Positions 9,637 to 18,898 of a DNA stretch of 64,000 bases are shown here, piece after piece. How positions within the stretch are numbered: position 1 is the first letter of the stretch; each line of letters starts with the position of its first letter. Origin of the DNA: Thermoplasmatota archaeon (lineage in GTDB: Archaea > Thermoplasmatota > E2 > JACPAO01 > JAHFTW01); assembly GCA_041601615.1 (NCBI GenBank), contig JBFIHX010000007.1, forward strand, positions 87,805 to 151,804, read 5' to 3'. A program made the position numbers and the translations under genes. The notes below the pieces were generated by a model, which made no database searches, was not told the DNA's origin, and saw only the letters and a list, made by a program, of their open reading frames with translations.

Positions 9637-10266
9637 GTGCTGAAGATCGCCCAAGGAGGCGCCAACTGGCTCGTCACCCCGCTCGGACTCGCCATCCTCA
9701 TGGCCGGACTATCCAGCTACGCCGCCATCCTACTGCCCCTAAGCATGGTCCCCTTCAGCCTCGCGCTCGGCTTCTGGTACTTCTTTCGCGACCCCGACCG
9801 ACGCATCGCCGAAGGCATCGCCTGCCCCGCCGACGGCAAAGTGGTCCGCATCGACACCATCGAAGACCCCGACCTCGGCACCGTCGACCGACTGAGCATT
9901 TTCATGCGCCCCAGCGACGTTCACGTCAACCGATTCCCCATCAACGGAAGCGTACGCAGCGTCGTCCACCGCCCCGGCGGCCACGTCCCCGCCTTCAACA
10001 AAGACAGCGACCGCAACGAACGCGTCACCACCTGGATGAAAACCGACCTCGGCGAGATCAAAATCCACCAAATCGCCGGCGCCGTCGCACGCCGCATCGT
10101 CCCCTACAGCCGAAACGGCGACCACGTCAAGAAAGGCGAAAAACTGGGCCTCATCCGCCTCGGCAGCCGCTGCGACCTACTCGTGCCCACAGGAAGCGTC
10201 ACCTGGACCGTGCAGCTCGGACAACGCGTATTCGCCGGCAGCACGACCGTGGGTGAAGTGGCGTGA
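9637..10266 (+). CDS. psd: archaetidylserine decarboxylase proenzyme (phosphatidylserine decarboxylase family)
   Basis: GTG start. It has a Psd-like fold with a C-terminal 'LIRLGSRCDL' Gly-Ser self-cleavage site (pyruvoyl precursor). The 4-nt GTGA overlap with the next gene indicates translational coupling. Confidence 0.75.
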   Translation: MLKIAQGGANWLVTPLGLAILMAGLSSYAAILLPLSMVPFSLALGFWYFFRDPDRRIAEGIACPADGKVVRIDTIEDPDLGTVDRLSIFMRPSDVHVNRFPINGSVRSVVHRPGGHVPAFNKDSDRNERVTTWMKTDLGEIKIHQIAGAVARRIVPYSRNGDHVKKGEKLGLIRLGSRCDLLVPTGSVTWTVQLGQRVFAGSTTVGEVA

Positions 10267-10964
10267 ACGCAACCCCAGCCCTCTGGCGCGACGTACGCGT
10301 AGCCGACCTTGCCACCCTCCTCAACGCCCTGCTCGGCCTCACCGCCATCCTGTTTGCCGCCACCGGCCGCCCCGTGCTCGCCGCCGAATTGGTCATGGCC
10401 GGCATCATCGTCGACGGCATCGACGGCGCCCTCGCCCGCATCGGCCTCGGCGGCGGCCCCCTCGGCGGCATCCTCGACACCCTCGCCGACGTCGTCACCT
10501 TCGGCGTCGCCCCCGCCGTCGTGCTCGTCACCGCCACCACCTTCCACCCCCTGCTTGCCACCGCCGCCGGCCTCTATCTCTGCGGCGTCCTCCTACGGCT
10601 AGCACGATTCGAAGCCATGCGCACCACCGGCCCATCCGACACCCGCCACTTCATGGGACTCAGCAGCCCCGGCGCCGGCCTCCTCGTCGTCACCGCCGTC
10701 CTCCTCGACGCCCACCCCTTCGCCACCGTCGCCGTCGCATTGCTTGCCACCACCCTCATGCTGACCCGATTCCCCATGCCCAAGCTTCGCGGCAGCCTCG
10801 GCATCGTGGCGGTGCTGCTCATCCTGGCAGTCCTCGCGGGCCACGCTCGCACGTGGCAACCCTGGGCCGCCGCCCTCATGCTCGCCTTCCTAGCCGTGTA
10901 TGTCCTAGCCGGACCCTTATACGTCAAGGCCCGCCTGCGCCGACCCTCCCCGGAGACTCCCTGA
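10263..10964 (+). CDS. pssA: CDP-alcohol phosphatidyltransferase (archaetidylserine synthase)
   Basis: 'DGIDGALARIGLGGGPLGGILDTLADVVTFGVAP' fits the D-G-x2-A-R...G-x3-D-x3-D signature. The protein is all-TM. Confidence 0.8.
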   Translation: MNATPALWRDVRVADLATLLNALLGLTAILFAATGRPVLAAELVMAGIIVDGIDGALARIGLGGGPLGGILDTLADVVTFGVAPAVVLVTATTFHPLLATAAGLYLCGVLLRLARFEAMRTTGPSDTRHFMGLSSPGAGLLVVTAVLLDAHPFATVAVALLATTLMLTRFPMPKLRGSLGIVAVLLILAVLAGHARTWQPWAAALMLAFLAVYVLAGPLYVKARLRRPSPETP

Positions 10965-11776
10965 TGGCCCGCAAGCCCCAAAAAAAACAGAAGACCTCCA
11001 TCCGCACCGCCGCCGGCACCGCCCAGCGGTCCTTTAGCGAACGACTCAAAGCACTCCGCGCCGACCCATTGCGCGTCCTGCCCGACTGCCCCAACGGCGA
11101 ACCCAAGGCCATCGCCAAAATCCACGCAGGCCTCGACAAAATCGTCACCGGCAAAGTCGGATTCCTCCTCAAGCGCGACAAAGGCATCGTCGGCGCCGTC
11201 CTCTCCAGCATCGAACTGGCCGACCAAGAAGCATTCCCGCGCCTCATCGACCACAAAGTCGGCGGCACACGACGCTTCTTCATCCAGCGCGGCCACGTGC
11301 CCCGCTCCTGCCTACTCGGTGTCCAGAACCACGACGACGCCCGCACACTCCTGATGGCCTACCGGCCGCTTGCCAAGTCCGACAAACTGCACTTCTTTGC
11401 CGACCCCGGCATCACCTGCACCGGCACCGACGCCCAACCCCCACAAGCCTGGATCGACGCCCTCGCAAACCGCGCCGGCTTCAAACTCGAAACCACGGCA
11501 GAAGGCTGGACCTGCGGCCACGAAGACAAAGGCCAGGTGCGACTCGGATTCGGCGACTTGCGCGGCATCCACATCTGCGGCGCCTGTGGCAAAAAAACCG
11601 GCAACCTGCACTCCCTGATTCGCACCTGCTACGCCGGGCCCAAAGAACGGCAACCCGTCGAAGTGTCCGTCGTCGTGGAAGGCGTGGAAGGCGCCGCCCA
11701 CCCGGACAAAATCGCAGCCTACCGAGGCGGCGTCATCGACGAAAAGGCGCTCGTGGACAGTGTCACGCTCACCTAG
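10964..11776 (+). CDS. hypothetical protein with C-terminal Cys cluster (possible Zn ribbon)
   Basis: The ATG overlaps the pssA stop (TGATG). There is no recognisable domain. C-terminal 'HICGACGKK...TCYAG'. It is co-directional with artA-psd-pssA. Confidence 0.5.
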   Translation: MARKPQKKQKTSIRTAAGTAQRSFSERLKALRADPLRVLPDCPNGEPKAIAKIHAGLDKIVTGKVGFLLKRDKGIVGAVLSSIELADQEAFPRLIDHKVGGTRRFFIQRGHVPRSCLLGVQNHDDARTLLMAYRPLAKSDKLHFFADPGITCTGTDAQPPQAWIDALANRAGFKLETTAEGWTCGHEDKGQVRLGFGDLRGIHICGACGKKTGNLHSLIRTCYAGPKERQPVEVSVVVEGVEGAAHPDKIAAYRGGVIDEKALVDSVTLT

Positions 11777-12402
11777 AACCCAAGCCCGCCAAGGAAAAAG
11801 CCGACCTGCCCCGCTGCCTGCCGCTGCGCACCGCGCCAGAAATGGTCCGTGGGCACCGACGCGAACCGAGCGTCCGGGATGGCTTCGGCAAGATCCATGC
11901 CGTGCTGTACCGGAACGTCCACGTCCCGAAGGCCATGCAAAACGAGCGTCGGGCACGGGACGCGGGGAGCAAGTGCAATCGCTTCCTCGCTCGCTGGCAA
12001 TTCCCGCATCTCCTTCAACACCGCGTTGGGCTCGAAGCCGTACTTCTTGCCAAACACCGCCCACTGAGGCCGGAATTGCTTGTGCGCCTCCTCAGCGCGG
12101 CGGGCCCAACTGGCGACGGGCGACAAGAGAATCAGCGCGTCCACGGCGACATTGCCGAGGGCGACCTGACGAAGCAGCAAATTCGCACCGAAGCTGTAGC
12201 CCAAACCGATGCGGGGGCCGGCTGGCAAGGATTCGGCCGTGGATTGGATGGCATCCTCGCAGGCAGAGAACAGGAAGGAACCCGGGCGAGATTCAAGGCC
12301 TGGGTACGGGACCAGGGCGCGGGAATGGTCTGGGAGAAGCGCCTCGGCAAGCACGTCCATGAACGGGGAGGAGAAAGAGGGACATACGAGGGCGGAGGGC
12401 AC
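11773..12402 (-). CDS. alpha/beta-hydrolase fold protein
   Basis: Nucleophile elbow 'GYSFGA' (GxSxG); downstream 'LVLHGLRDVDVP...D' gives the catalytic Asp, and His follows in 'PTDHF'. Confidence 0.6.
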   Translation of the reverse strand: MPSALVCPSFSSPFMDVLAEALLPDHSRALVPYPGLESRPGSFLFSACEDAIQSTAESLPAGPRIGLGYSFGANLLLRQVALGNVAVDALILLSPVASWARRAEEAHKQFRPQWAVFGKKYGFEPNAVLKEMRELPASEEAIALAPRVPCPTLVLHGLRDVDVPVQHGMDLAEAIPDARFASVPTDHFWRGAQRQAAGQVGFFLGGLGF

Positions 12403-12534
12403 GGATCAGGCCAGATTGGGGGCAGGGTTCAAGGTAGCGGAGGGGCGTCGCGGCAAAATGATGAGGCACCGAGCAAGAGGCGGGCATCCAGCTCGCGGCC
12501 GTTCTTGGTGGCTTGCCATGCTTCGTTGGCAAGC

Positions 12535-12933
12535 TTAGCGAAGTCGGACATGCGCCTTGCCTCCGTCCTTTGGCGGATTCACTCGATATCGATTCGCACC
12601 CAGTTTTTCGACGTAACCGGTCTCCATCCAGGAACGCCAACGGAGTCCAGCTAGGTCAGAAAGCTCAACATCGCGTTTTCTGCGAAGGGCTTGGATTTGG
12701 TTTTGCTCCAAATGGCGGCCAATCACGAGGGGGGCATCCGTGTCCGTGATGCAATAGACGCCACGCGAGACGCGCTCAATGACGCCGGCTTGCTTGAGGC
12801 GATTCAAGGTGCTGTCGACATTGCGAATGCCCCAGACTTCCCTTGCCTCCGCCGCAGTGAACGGAGTCGTTCCGAATGCCCGACGCAAGGCTTCCGATTT
12901 CAGGCAAGCATCCACATATGGAAGGTTGTACAT
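12535..12933 (-). CDS. AbiEi_4-type winged-helix protein (antitoxin-like transcriptional regulator N-terminal domain)
   Basis: 'FTAAEAREVWGI...STLNRLKQAGVIERVSRGVYCI' matches the AbiEi N-terminal consensus (F-T-...-G-I-...-S-x-L-S-R-L-V-K-x-G-...-R-V-A-R-G-V-Y). Confidence 0.55.
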   Translation of the reverse strand: MYNLPYVDACLKSEALRRAFGTTPFTAAEAREVWGIRNVDSTLNRLKQAGVIERVSRGVYCITDTDAPLVIGRHLEQNQIQALRRKRDVELSDLAGLRWRSWMETGYVEKLGANRYRVNPPKDGGKAHVRLR

Positions 12934-12950
12934 GAAGGTATCTTGGATTT

Positions 12951-12962
12951 GGGGGGGGGGGG
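12951..12962. repeat. G12 (C12 on the coding strand) homopolymeric tract 18-30 nt upstream of the AbiEi_4-like gene start
   Basis: 'gatttggggggggggggaatg' is seen directly; the minus-strand ATG is at 12933. Confidence 0.8.
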
Positions 12963-13107
12963 AATGCTCTGGCGGGGGTTCGGCTGCGAAGGCGGATTGC
13001 GGAGTTGGGCTGAGAGGAGGGTTGGTGTCTAAACGACTGAGGTAAGCCGCCTCGACCGGAGGGAGAGGCGGCTTGAGCGATTTGTTAGCACGAGCAGAAC
13101 TACAACC

Positions 13108-13545
13108 CTATGCTGGCCTGAAGTCTTCGTAGATCTGGTCACTGAGGTCCAATCCAAGTCGCTTGTGCATGGGGCCGTAGGCCGTGTATCGTTCTGGGCG
13201 AACGTGCCGCAACTCATGGCCAGCATCTGTGACTACCCCCAATTGCTCAATGTTGGCATCCTTGTGGAGGTAAAATCGAACGCGGTCGGCTCCGTGCTTC
13301 GTCATCCAGGCCGCAAGCGGTGCCAGGTCATCGCGGGGGCAGACGATGACTGCCATGAACCAAGAGTCTGGAACGTGGGCGGGTAGGGCGTCAAGGAATT
13401 CGTGTTTCATCCAGCGGTCAATGTGTTGGACCTCGTCGGTTGCCATCTCCAGGCAATTTGGTTCCTGGCTGCTTACGATGAGGGCCAATGTGGAATGGGA
13501 ATGGGCCGCAACGACGCGAGTCCAGTCCTCAAGGCGTCCTTTCAT
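13108..13545 (-). CDS. hypothetical protein (145 aa)
   Basis: The ORF overlaps the upstream wHTH gene by 4 nt and has no recognisable motif. Local GC is lower than the flanks. Confidence 0.4.
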   Translation of the reverse strand: MKGRLEDWTRVVAAHSHSTLALIVSSQEPNCLEMATDEVQHIDRWMKHEFLDALPAHVPDSWFMAVIVCPRDDLAPLAAWMTKHGADRVRFYLHKDANIEQLGVVTDAGHELRHVRPERYTAYGPMHKRLGLDLSDQIYEDFRPA

Positions 13546-13916
13546 GCGTGAACAAGGCCGCGTTGGGTGGATTCGTGCCGGTATGCATCAGGAAGTATTT
13601 GCTGGCTGACGAGCAGGACTCTTGCGCCGAGGGCAGAGAGTTCAATTCTCTGCGTTTTCAAGTCAGGCATCAAGCCCAAGCGGATCAAGCCCTTCTGGTC
13701 GAGGGCACGAATTGCTTTCGTGACCGTGGCGGGGGCAGCGTCGCCTTGAATTTTTTTTGCCAATTCTGGCCGACTAAGAGCGTGCCCCATGAGGGCCTCT
13801 AGGGCCTCAAGTTGCCGTCGTGCACCTCGGCCACGAATCTCCATGGCAAGCTGATACTCATGGTCCTGGTCAAACTCATCGGGCCACATAGTTACCCATG
13901 GGTAAGCATAGGACAT
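13542..13916 (-). CDS. MarR-like winged-helix DNA-binding protein
   Basis: 'LSRPELAKKIQGDAAPATVTKAIRALDQKGLIRL' shows the helix-turn-helix plus wing pattern. It is translationally coupled to the 145-aa ORF. Confidence 0.45.
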   Translation of the reverse strand: MSYAYPWVTMWPDEFDQDHEYQLAMEIRGRGARRQLEALEALMGHALSRPELAKKIQGDAAPATVTKAIRALDQKGLIRLGLMPDLKTQRIELSALGARVLLVSQQILPDAYRHESTQRGLVHA

Positions 13917-14038
13917 AAGGGTGTCGGCAGACCCTGCACTTCCGCGCGTGCTAACGGTCGAGGTCAGCCGCTCCGAACGAAGTGAGGAGTCGGCTGGAGC
14001 GATTTGTTATCTTGCGCGGCTCGGCCTAACTAGGGCTT

Positions 14039-15814
14039 CTAGAATCCGAAGCCAGCCCAATGCCCCCTTCTGTACTCGCCCAGACCTTCGATGGCGGCGT
14101 TGACTCGCTCGAGCTTGCCGCCGAAAAGGTTAGTTTCGAGCGGCCCCCAGTTGGTGCCCCGCGCTTCGATGTCACTTTCCATGATTTTTAGAGCGGAATC
14201 ACCATGATGGTTGCTCAGCCATGGTCCGGCCGCATAGTGTGGCCGACGTTTCTCTTGGATGGCGTGGTCGGCCCGATGAAGGTTAACAATCGCGTCGAAA
14301 TTATCGAATGCCTGGGCTGCATCGCCCTCGGACCCAAGCACGTCTTTTACACACTCCACCACAGCCCCTTTGAACCGCTCTCGGAGCCAGAAAAGGTTGC
14401 GCTTCGCATCTGGGATGCCTTCCTTGATTTTGCCACAAATCCGGTTTGGCTCGAACGCGAAGGGTGCCCAATCCCGGTCGCCCGGCAACCCCATGTCGTT
14501 CAATTGCAGCAAAGCCGTAACCGATTCCCATTCGTCGCGGGCAATCATCGAGGTTCCGGCCGCCCACCACGCCATGGCCGCCGGAAGCACCATCGCTTCC
14601 TCAAGTGCGCTGTTCCACGGGCTCACGGTTCGGTTGTATGAAGACGCGTTTCGGAATGGCCGCTCAAGGTGCGGGGTGCTATTGGGGACCCAGAACGCGG
14701 TCGTACCGCTGATCGCAGCGAAGATGCGCCCCTCGCCGAGAAGCGCGTGAAAGCGCGCCTCCAAGTCGACGTCCCCGCCCGAGTGGATGGGGAAAGCATC
14801 GGTGTGGAGACGTTCTTGGATATGTTTTGCTTCGCGCATCAATGAATCATGGAGGCGCATGAAAGGGGGCCCGGCTTCTATTTGCTGCTTAGTTGCTTCG
14901 ACTGCAAGCCCGATGGACAGGGGAGTGCCCTCGCCCAAGCGCGCCAGGCTGGCTACGGAATCAGATAAACCCCCAAAAAATTCGTCGGCCGGGCCCACCG
15001 GCGCGTATGGAATCTGCTGTCGAGTGGAAATCTCCTTGATGGCGTCGCTCGCTTCGCCTCGGCCTGCCCACAACGACTCGAACCGACGTGATTGCCGTGC
15101 CTCAATCAAGGACAATAACGCCGTGTCGTGTTCGGCACTCCATCCTGATATGAGTAAACCATGCTCTTCAAGAATGCGGGCGACGAAATTTGCAAGGTCG
15201 CCATGATACTCGGCCAACTCATCCTGGGTGTTAAGGAATCCAGGGTCTTTGTAGTCCCCGTTGACCTTTACTACAACCACGCCGGATTGGCTGACCGGCA
15301 CGGCGCCTGCTGCCTGCGATGGATTGCTAATTACAACGGGTTCAATGCCCTGCTCAACCAACGCGGCTTCCATTAGCCTGTCAAAATTCGTAGTCAAAAT
15401 TACCTTGAGGTAACCCCCCGCTGCCAATTCTGCAATGGCTCGATGGGCCGCCGTTGGCTCGGGAATCTTGCCGTCCGGTTCAAAATAGCCGGCCAGTAAA
15501 GCGACGCGCTGTTCCTTCGAATTGGCTAGATCTTGGATAATCTCCGAGTACTGGGCCGGCTTGCCAAACGTTTCCTGGAACCATTGGAGCGGGGTGGCGG
15601 GGTCTTGAGCTTGGGCTGCTGCGATACGCCGTGCAAGATCCTCGACAACCTCGTACCCAGTTGGAATCTTTGCGGCGCGGCTTGCACCTGACCCCAGGAG
15701 CACCGCGATGCTCCCTGGGCGGTCATGCATGGCCATTGCAATGCGTACGGCCGGGTTCATATGTTGCCATCCGCGCCCCCGTTTGAAGCGTTGCCTGCCT
15801 TTGGCAGATTGCAA
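14039..15814 (-). CDS. SIR2-like (SIR2_2) domain protein with uncharacterised ~350-aa C-terminal domain; candidate NAD-dependent defense effector
   Basis: N-terminal 'IAVLLGSGASRAAKIPTGYEVV' is the GxGxS Rossmann motif that opens SIR2_2 domains. 'LKVILTTNFDRLMEAAL' corresponds to the TTNYD motif of ThsA-type sirtuins. The start could alternatively be M19 (15760). Confidence 0.7.
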   Translation of the reverse strand: MQSAKGRQRFKRGRGWQHMNPAVRIAMAMHDRPGSIAVLLGSGASRAAKIPTGYEVVEDLARRIAAAQAQDPATPLQWFQETFGKPAQYSEIIQDLANSKEQRVALLAGYFEPDGKIPEPTAAHRAIAELAAGGYLKVILTTNFDRLMEAALVEQGIEPVVISNPSQAAGAVPVSQSGVVVVKVNGDYKDPGFLNTQDELAEYHGDLANFVARILEEHGLLISGWSAEHDTALLSLIEARQSRRFESLWAGRGEASDAIKEISTRQQIPYAPVGPADEFFGGLSDSVASLARLGEGTPLSIGLAVEATKQQIEAGPPFMRLHDSLMREAKHIQERLHTDAFPIHSGGDVDLEARFHALLGEGRIFAAISGTTAFWVPNSTPHLERPFRNASSYNRTVSPWNSALEEAMVLPAAMAWWAAGTSMIARDEWESVTALLQLNDMGLPGDRDWAPFAFEPNRICGKIKEGIPDAKRNLFWLRERFKGAVVECVKDVLGSEGDAAQAFDNFDAIVNLHRADHAIQEKRRPHYAAGPWLSNHHGDSALKIMESDIEARGTNWGPLETNLFGGKLERVNAAIEGLGEYRRGHWAGFGF

Positions 15815-16022
15815 TAATCAACTGGCGCCCAAGCCCGCAGCCCGCAAGATAACTAGGAATTATGCCGACGCGGCATAACCATGCCCCGCCCGCCCGTTCC
15901 GCCACACGCAATGTTGGCACCAGGGCATTCCCCCTGCCCCCGGCTTTGCAATAGCTCGTGCAATCATCGGGAATCTAGGCGAGTGTCGAATAGATGAGGA
16001 GGAAGAGGAGGGGCAGAGGTGT

Positions 16023-16931
16023 CTACGCCAACCCAGCTTCCGCCAGAATCGCCCTCGCCGTAGGCGCCATGCCTTTGTCGTTGCCTTTGGCTGCTGCCTT
16101 GACAACGTTGGCTTGCGCTTGGCCCATCGTGGTGCGGATTTCTTCGTAGAAGACGCCGGTGACGAACGGGGCGCCCATGGCGGCGACTACGGCGGCGGTT
16201 TTGTCCGTCTTGTCGTGGGCGGGGTTCAGGTCGGTTTGCTCGCTGCGGGCCTTCTCGTAGATGTCGTGGAAGGTAACACAGGGGCTGATGACCTGGATGA
16301 AGGAGTAGCCGGGGTGTTCGAGGCCTTGCTTGATGAGCTCGACGAGTTCCTTCATTTTGCCGCTGTAGCCACGGGCGACGAACGAGGCGCCGGCCATGAT
16401 GGACAGGGCAAGCGGGTTCAGGGGCACGTCGCTGCTGGTGGCGGCGGTGTTGAAGGGCGTGGACTTGGTCTTGAGGCCGATCTCCGAGGTGGGACTGGCT
16501 TGTCCCTTGGTGAGGCCGTAGATTTCGTTGTCCATCATCACGTAGGTGATGTCAGGGTTGCGGCGGGCCGCGTGCAGGAAGTGGCCGGCTCCGATGGCCA
16601 TGCCGTCGCCGTCGCCGCCCACTGCGAGGACGGTGCGTTCGGGTTGGGCAAGCTTCGTGCCGATGGCGACCGGGAGGGCGCGTCCGTGGCAGGAGTGGAA
16701 GCCGTAGGCGTTCATGAAGTGGGGGAAGCGGCTGGAGCAGCCAATGCCACTGATGAAGACCGTGTCTTCGGGGAGTTTGCCGAGTTCCGCAAGGGCGCGT
16801 TGCATGGCGGCGAGTACGCCAAAGTCACCGCAGCCGGGGCACCAGACGGGGGGAAGGCGTCCCTTGTAGTCCTTGGGCTTTAGTTGCGTGGTTGCGGCGG
16901 CCGCGGGTGCGGCGGGGGTGGACTCGCTCAT
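16023..16931 (-). CDS. korB: 2-oxoacid:ferredoxin oxidoreductase beta subunit (TPP-binding)
   Basis: 'WCPGCGDFGVL' and 'GIGCSSRF' are the KorB/PorB Cys motifs; 'GGDGDGMAIGAGHFLHA' is the TPP-binding GDG motif. A 4-nt overlap with korA gives translational coupling. Confidence 0.9.
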   Translation of the reverse strand: MSESTPAAPAAAATTQLKPKDYKGRLPPVWCPGCGDFGVLAAMQRALAELGKLPEDTVFISGIGCSSRFPHFMNAYGFHSCHGRALPVAIGTKLAQPERTVLAVGGDGDGMAIGAGHFLHAARRNPDITYVMMDNEIYGLTKGQASPTSEIGLKTKSTPFNTAATSSDVPLNPLALSIMAGASFVARGYSGKMKELVELIKQGLEHPGYSFIQVISPCVTFHDIYEKARSEQTDLNPAHDKTDKTAAVVAAMGAPFVTGVFYEEIRTTMGQAQANVVKAAAKGNDKGMAPTARAILAEAGLA

Positions 16932-18688
16932 GCGTAGGCCTCCTTGGTGGGCATCTTGGCGTCGATCTCTTGCAGCTTCTCCAGGACTTCAAGCCAGGAG
17001 ACGGGGGTGCCGTGGACCTTGTTGAGGCGGTGGTAGTTGCGTGCGACTTCCTTGCGAAGCAGGCCCTCCAGTTGTCCCGTGTAGTTCATCTCGACGACCA
17101 CGACCTCTTTGGCGGCGGCGATCTTTTCGAGGAAACCAGTGCGGGGCAGGGGGTTGAGGATCTTGGGCACGAGGTAGCCGACAGACTTGCCTTCTTGGAT
17201 CATGTGCTGGACGGCTTCCTTGACGGGGCCTTTGCTGCTGCCCCAGGTGATGACCAGGAGATCGGGGTTCTCGTCGCCGTATGCTTCGAGCGCCATGGGG
17301 TATTGCCAGGCGTCCGCGATCTTGCCCATGCGCTTCTGCATCATGGCGGTGTGGTTCTCGCCCGTGTAGGTCGGATCACCTTTCTCGTTGTGCTCCAAGC
17401 CTTCGGCGACGTGCATGCCGCCCGGTTGGCCAGGGATGGCCTGGGGCGAAACACCGGAGGGGGTGAGCTTGTAGCGCTTGTAGTCCTCGGCGCGGTCCTC
17501 GTCGCTGGCAAATTCGCGGCGAATGATCGGCACGTCGCCCAGTGCGGGGACGGCGAGGTTTTCGCGGCGGTTGGCGAGCGCGTGGTCGGTTGCGAGAATG
17601 ACCGGGACTTGGTACTTCTCGGCGAGGTTGAAGGCCCAGATGGTTTGGTAGAAGCAGTCGCGCACGCCACTGGGGGCGAGGACAATGCGGCTGGCTTCGC
17701 CGTGGCTGCCGTAGACCATTTGGTTCAAGTCCGATTGCTCGGGCTTGGTGGGCAGGCCGGTGCTGGGTCCGCCGCGCATGGCATCCACGACCACGAGGGG
17801 TAGTTCGAGGGTGCTGGCGTGGCCGAACATTTCCTGCATGAGGCTGAGTCCGGGGCCGCTGGTGGCGGTCATGGACTTCTTGCCTGCGTAGGAGGCGCCG
17901 ACACACATGCTGATGGCGGCGATTTCGTCCTCGGCTTGGATCAGGGTGTTGCCGAACTTCGGCATTTCCTTGGCCAGTTCTTCGAGGATGCTGCTGGCGG
18001 GGGTGATCGGATAGCCTCCGAAGAATTCCACGCCGGCGACAAGGGCGCCGAGCACGATGGCGTCGTTGCCGTTGATGAGGATGCGGTCATCGTCGCCGCC
18101 CACCACTTGCAGGCTGTCGGCGTGCTGGCGGGGGATGGTCGCGATGTATTGGTACGCAGCGTCCACGGCCTCGTCGTTTTTGTCGAGGATTTTGGGGTTC
18201 TTGCCCTTGAACTTCTTGCGTACTGTTTTCTTGAGCGAATCGGCAGGAAGGTCGTACAGGGAGGCAAAGCATGCCACCGCGAAGACGTTCTTGCTCTTGG
18301 GCGAACCGACCATCTCTTTGACGAGGCGGTCGAAGTCAATTTCGTAGACGGTCAAGTCGGGTTTTTCGGGAACCGTCTTCACTTGTCCGGGGTCATAAAT
18401 CAGGACGCCGCCGGGGCGCACGGCGCCGAGGTGCTTGTCGATGCCTTCTTGGTTGAAGGCGACAAGAACGTCGACGGCGCTGCCCGCAGACAGAACCTCC
18501 TCACTACTGGCACGCAATTGGTACCAACAATGCCCGCCTTTGATTTCAGCGGGGTAAGACTCGAACGTGAATACGTTGAAACCGATGTCACTAATGGCAA
18601 GCGTAGCGATCTCGCCTGCCGAAATGACACCTTCACCTGACTCGCCGGCGACCCGGAACGTGAAGCTGGGGATAGGCTTGCACCTCAT
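16928..18688 (-). CDS. korA: 2-oxoacid:ferredoxin oxidoreductase alpha subunit (fused gamma-alpha type)
   Basis: At 586 aa it has an N-terminal gamma-like domain and an alpha domain 'GYPITPASSILE...'; 'ATSGPGLSLMQE' is the typical OFOR alpha motif. Confidence 0.9.
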   Translation of the reverse strand: MRCKPIPSFTFRVAGESGEGVISAGEIATLAISDIGFNVFTFESYPAEIKGGHCWYQLRASSEEVLSAGSAVDVLVAFNQEGIDKHLGAVRPGGVLIYDPGQVKTVPEKPDLTVYEIDFDRLVKEMVGSPKSKNVFAVACFASLYDLPADSLKKTVRKKFKGKNPKILDKNDEAVDAAYQYIATIPRQHADSLQVVGGDDDRILINGNDAIVLGALVAGVEFFGGYPITPASSILEELAKEMPKFGNTLIQAEDEIAAISMCVGASYAGKKSMTATSGPGLSLMQEMFGHASTLELPLVVVDAMRGGPSTGLPTKPEQSDLNQMVYGSHGEASRIVLAPSGVRDCFYQTIWAFNLAEKYQVPVILATDHALANRRENLAVPALGDVPIIRREFASDEDRAEDYKRYKLTPSGVSPQAIPGQPGGMHVAEGLEHNEKGDPTYTGENHTAMMQKRMGKIADAWQYPMALEAYGDENPDLLVITWGSSKGPVKEAVQHMIQEGKSVGYLVPKILNPLPRTGFLEKIAAAKEVVVVEMNYTGQLEGLLRKEVARNYHRLNKVHGTPVSWLEVLEKLQEIDAKMPTKEAYA

Positions 18689-18898
18689 AGTCTGCCCTGG
18701 GTACAGACCTATTTCCGGCCACTTCTGTTGCTTATTAAAGTGTTCAGGATGGAACTCGTCCGACCGTGGCGAGGTTGGCGCGGGCTATTCCGCCGTGCCA
18801 AAGCGCTTGGGGGTTGATGGGTTCACCCGAATGGGGCTGTGTTCGTGCCTCAGTCCGGGGGGCTCGTTGCGGGTCGATGATGACGGCTTCGGGCACGT

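Noticed and set aside
7817-9643. 608-aa Pro/Arg-rich ORF overlapping the ArtA-like gene in another frame
   Set aside because: Extreme P/R low complexity with no TM or domain. The overlapping frame encodes a coherent polytopic membrane protein.
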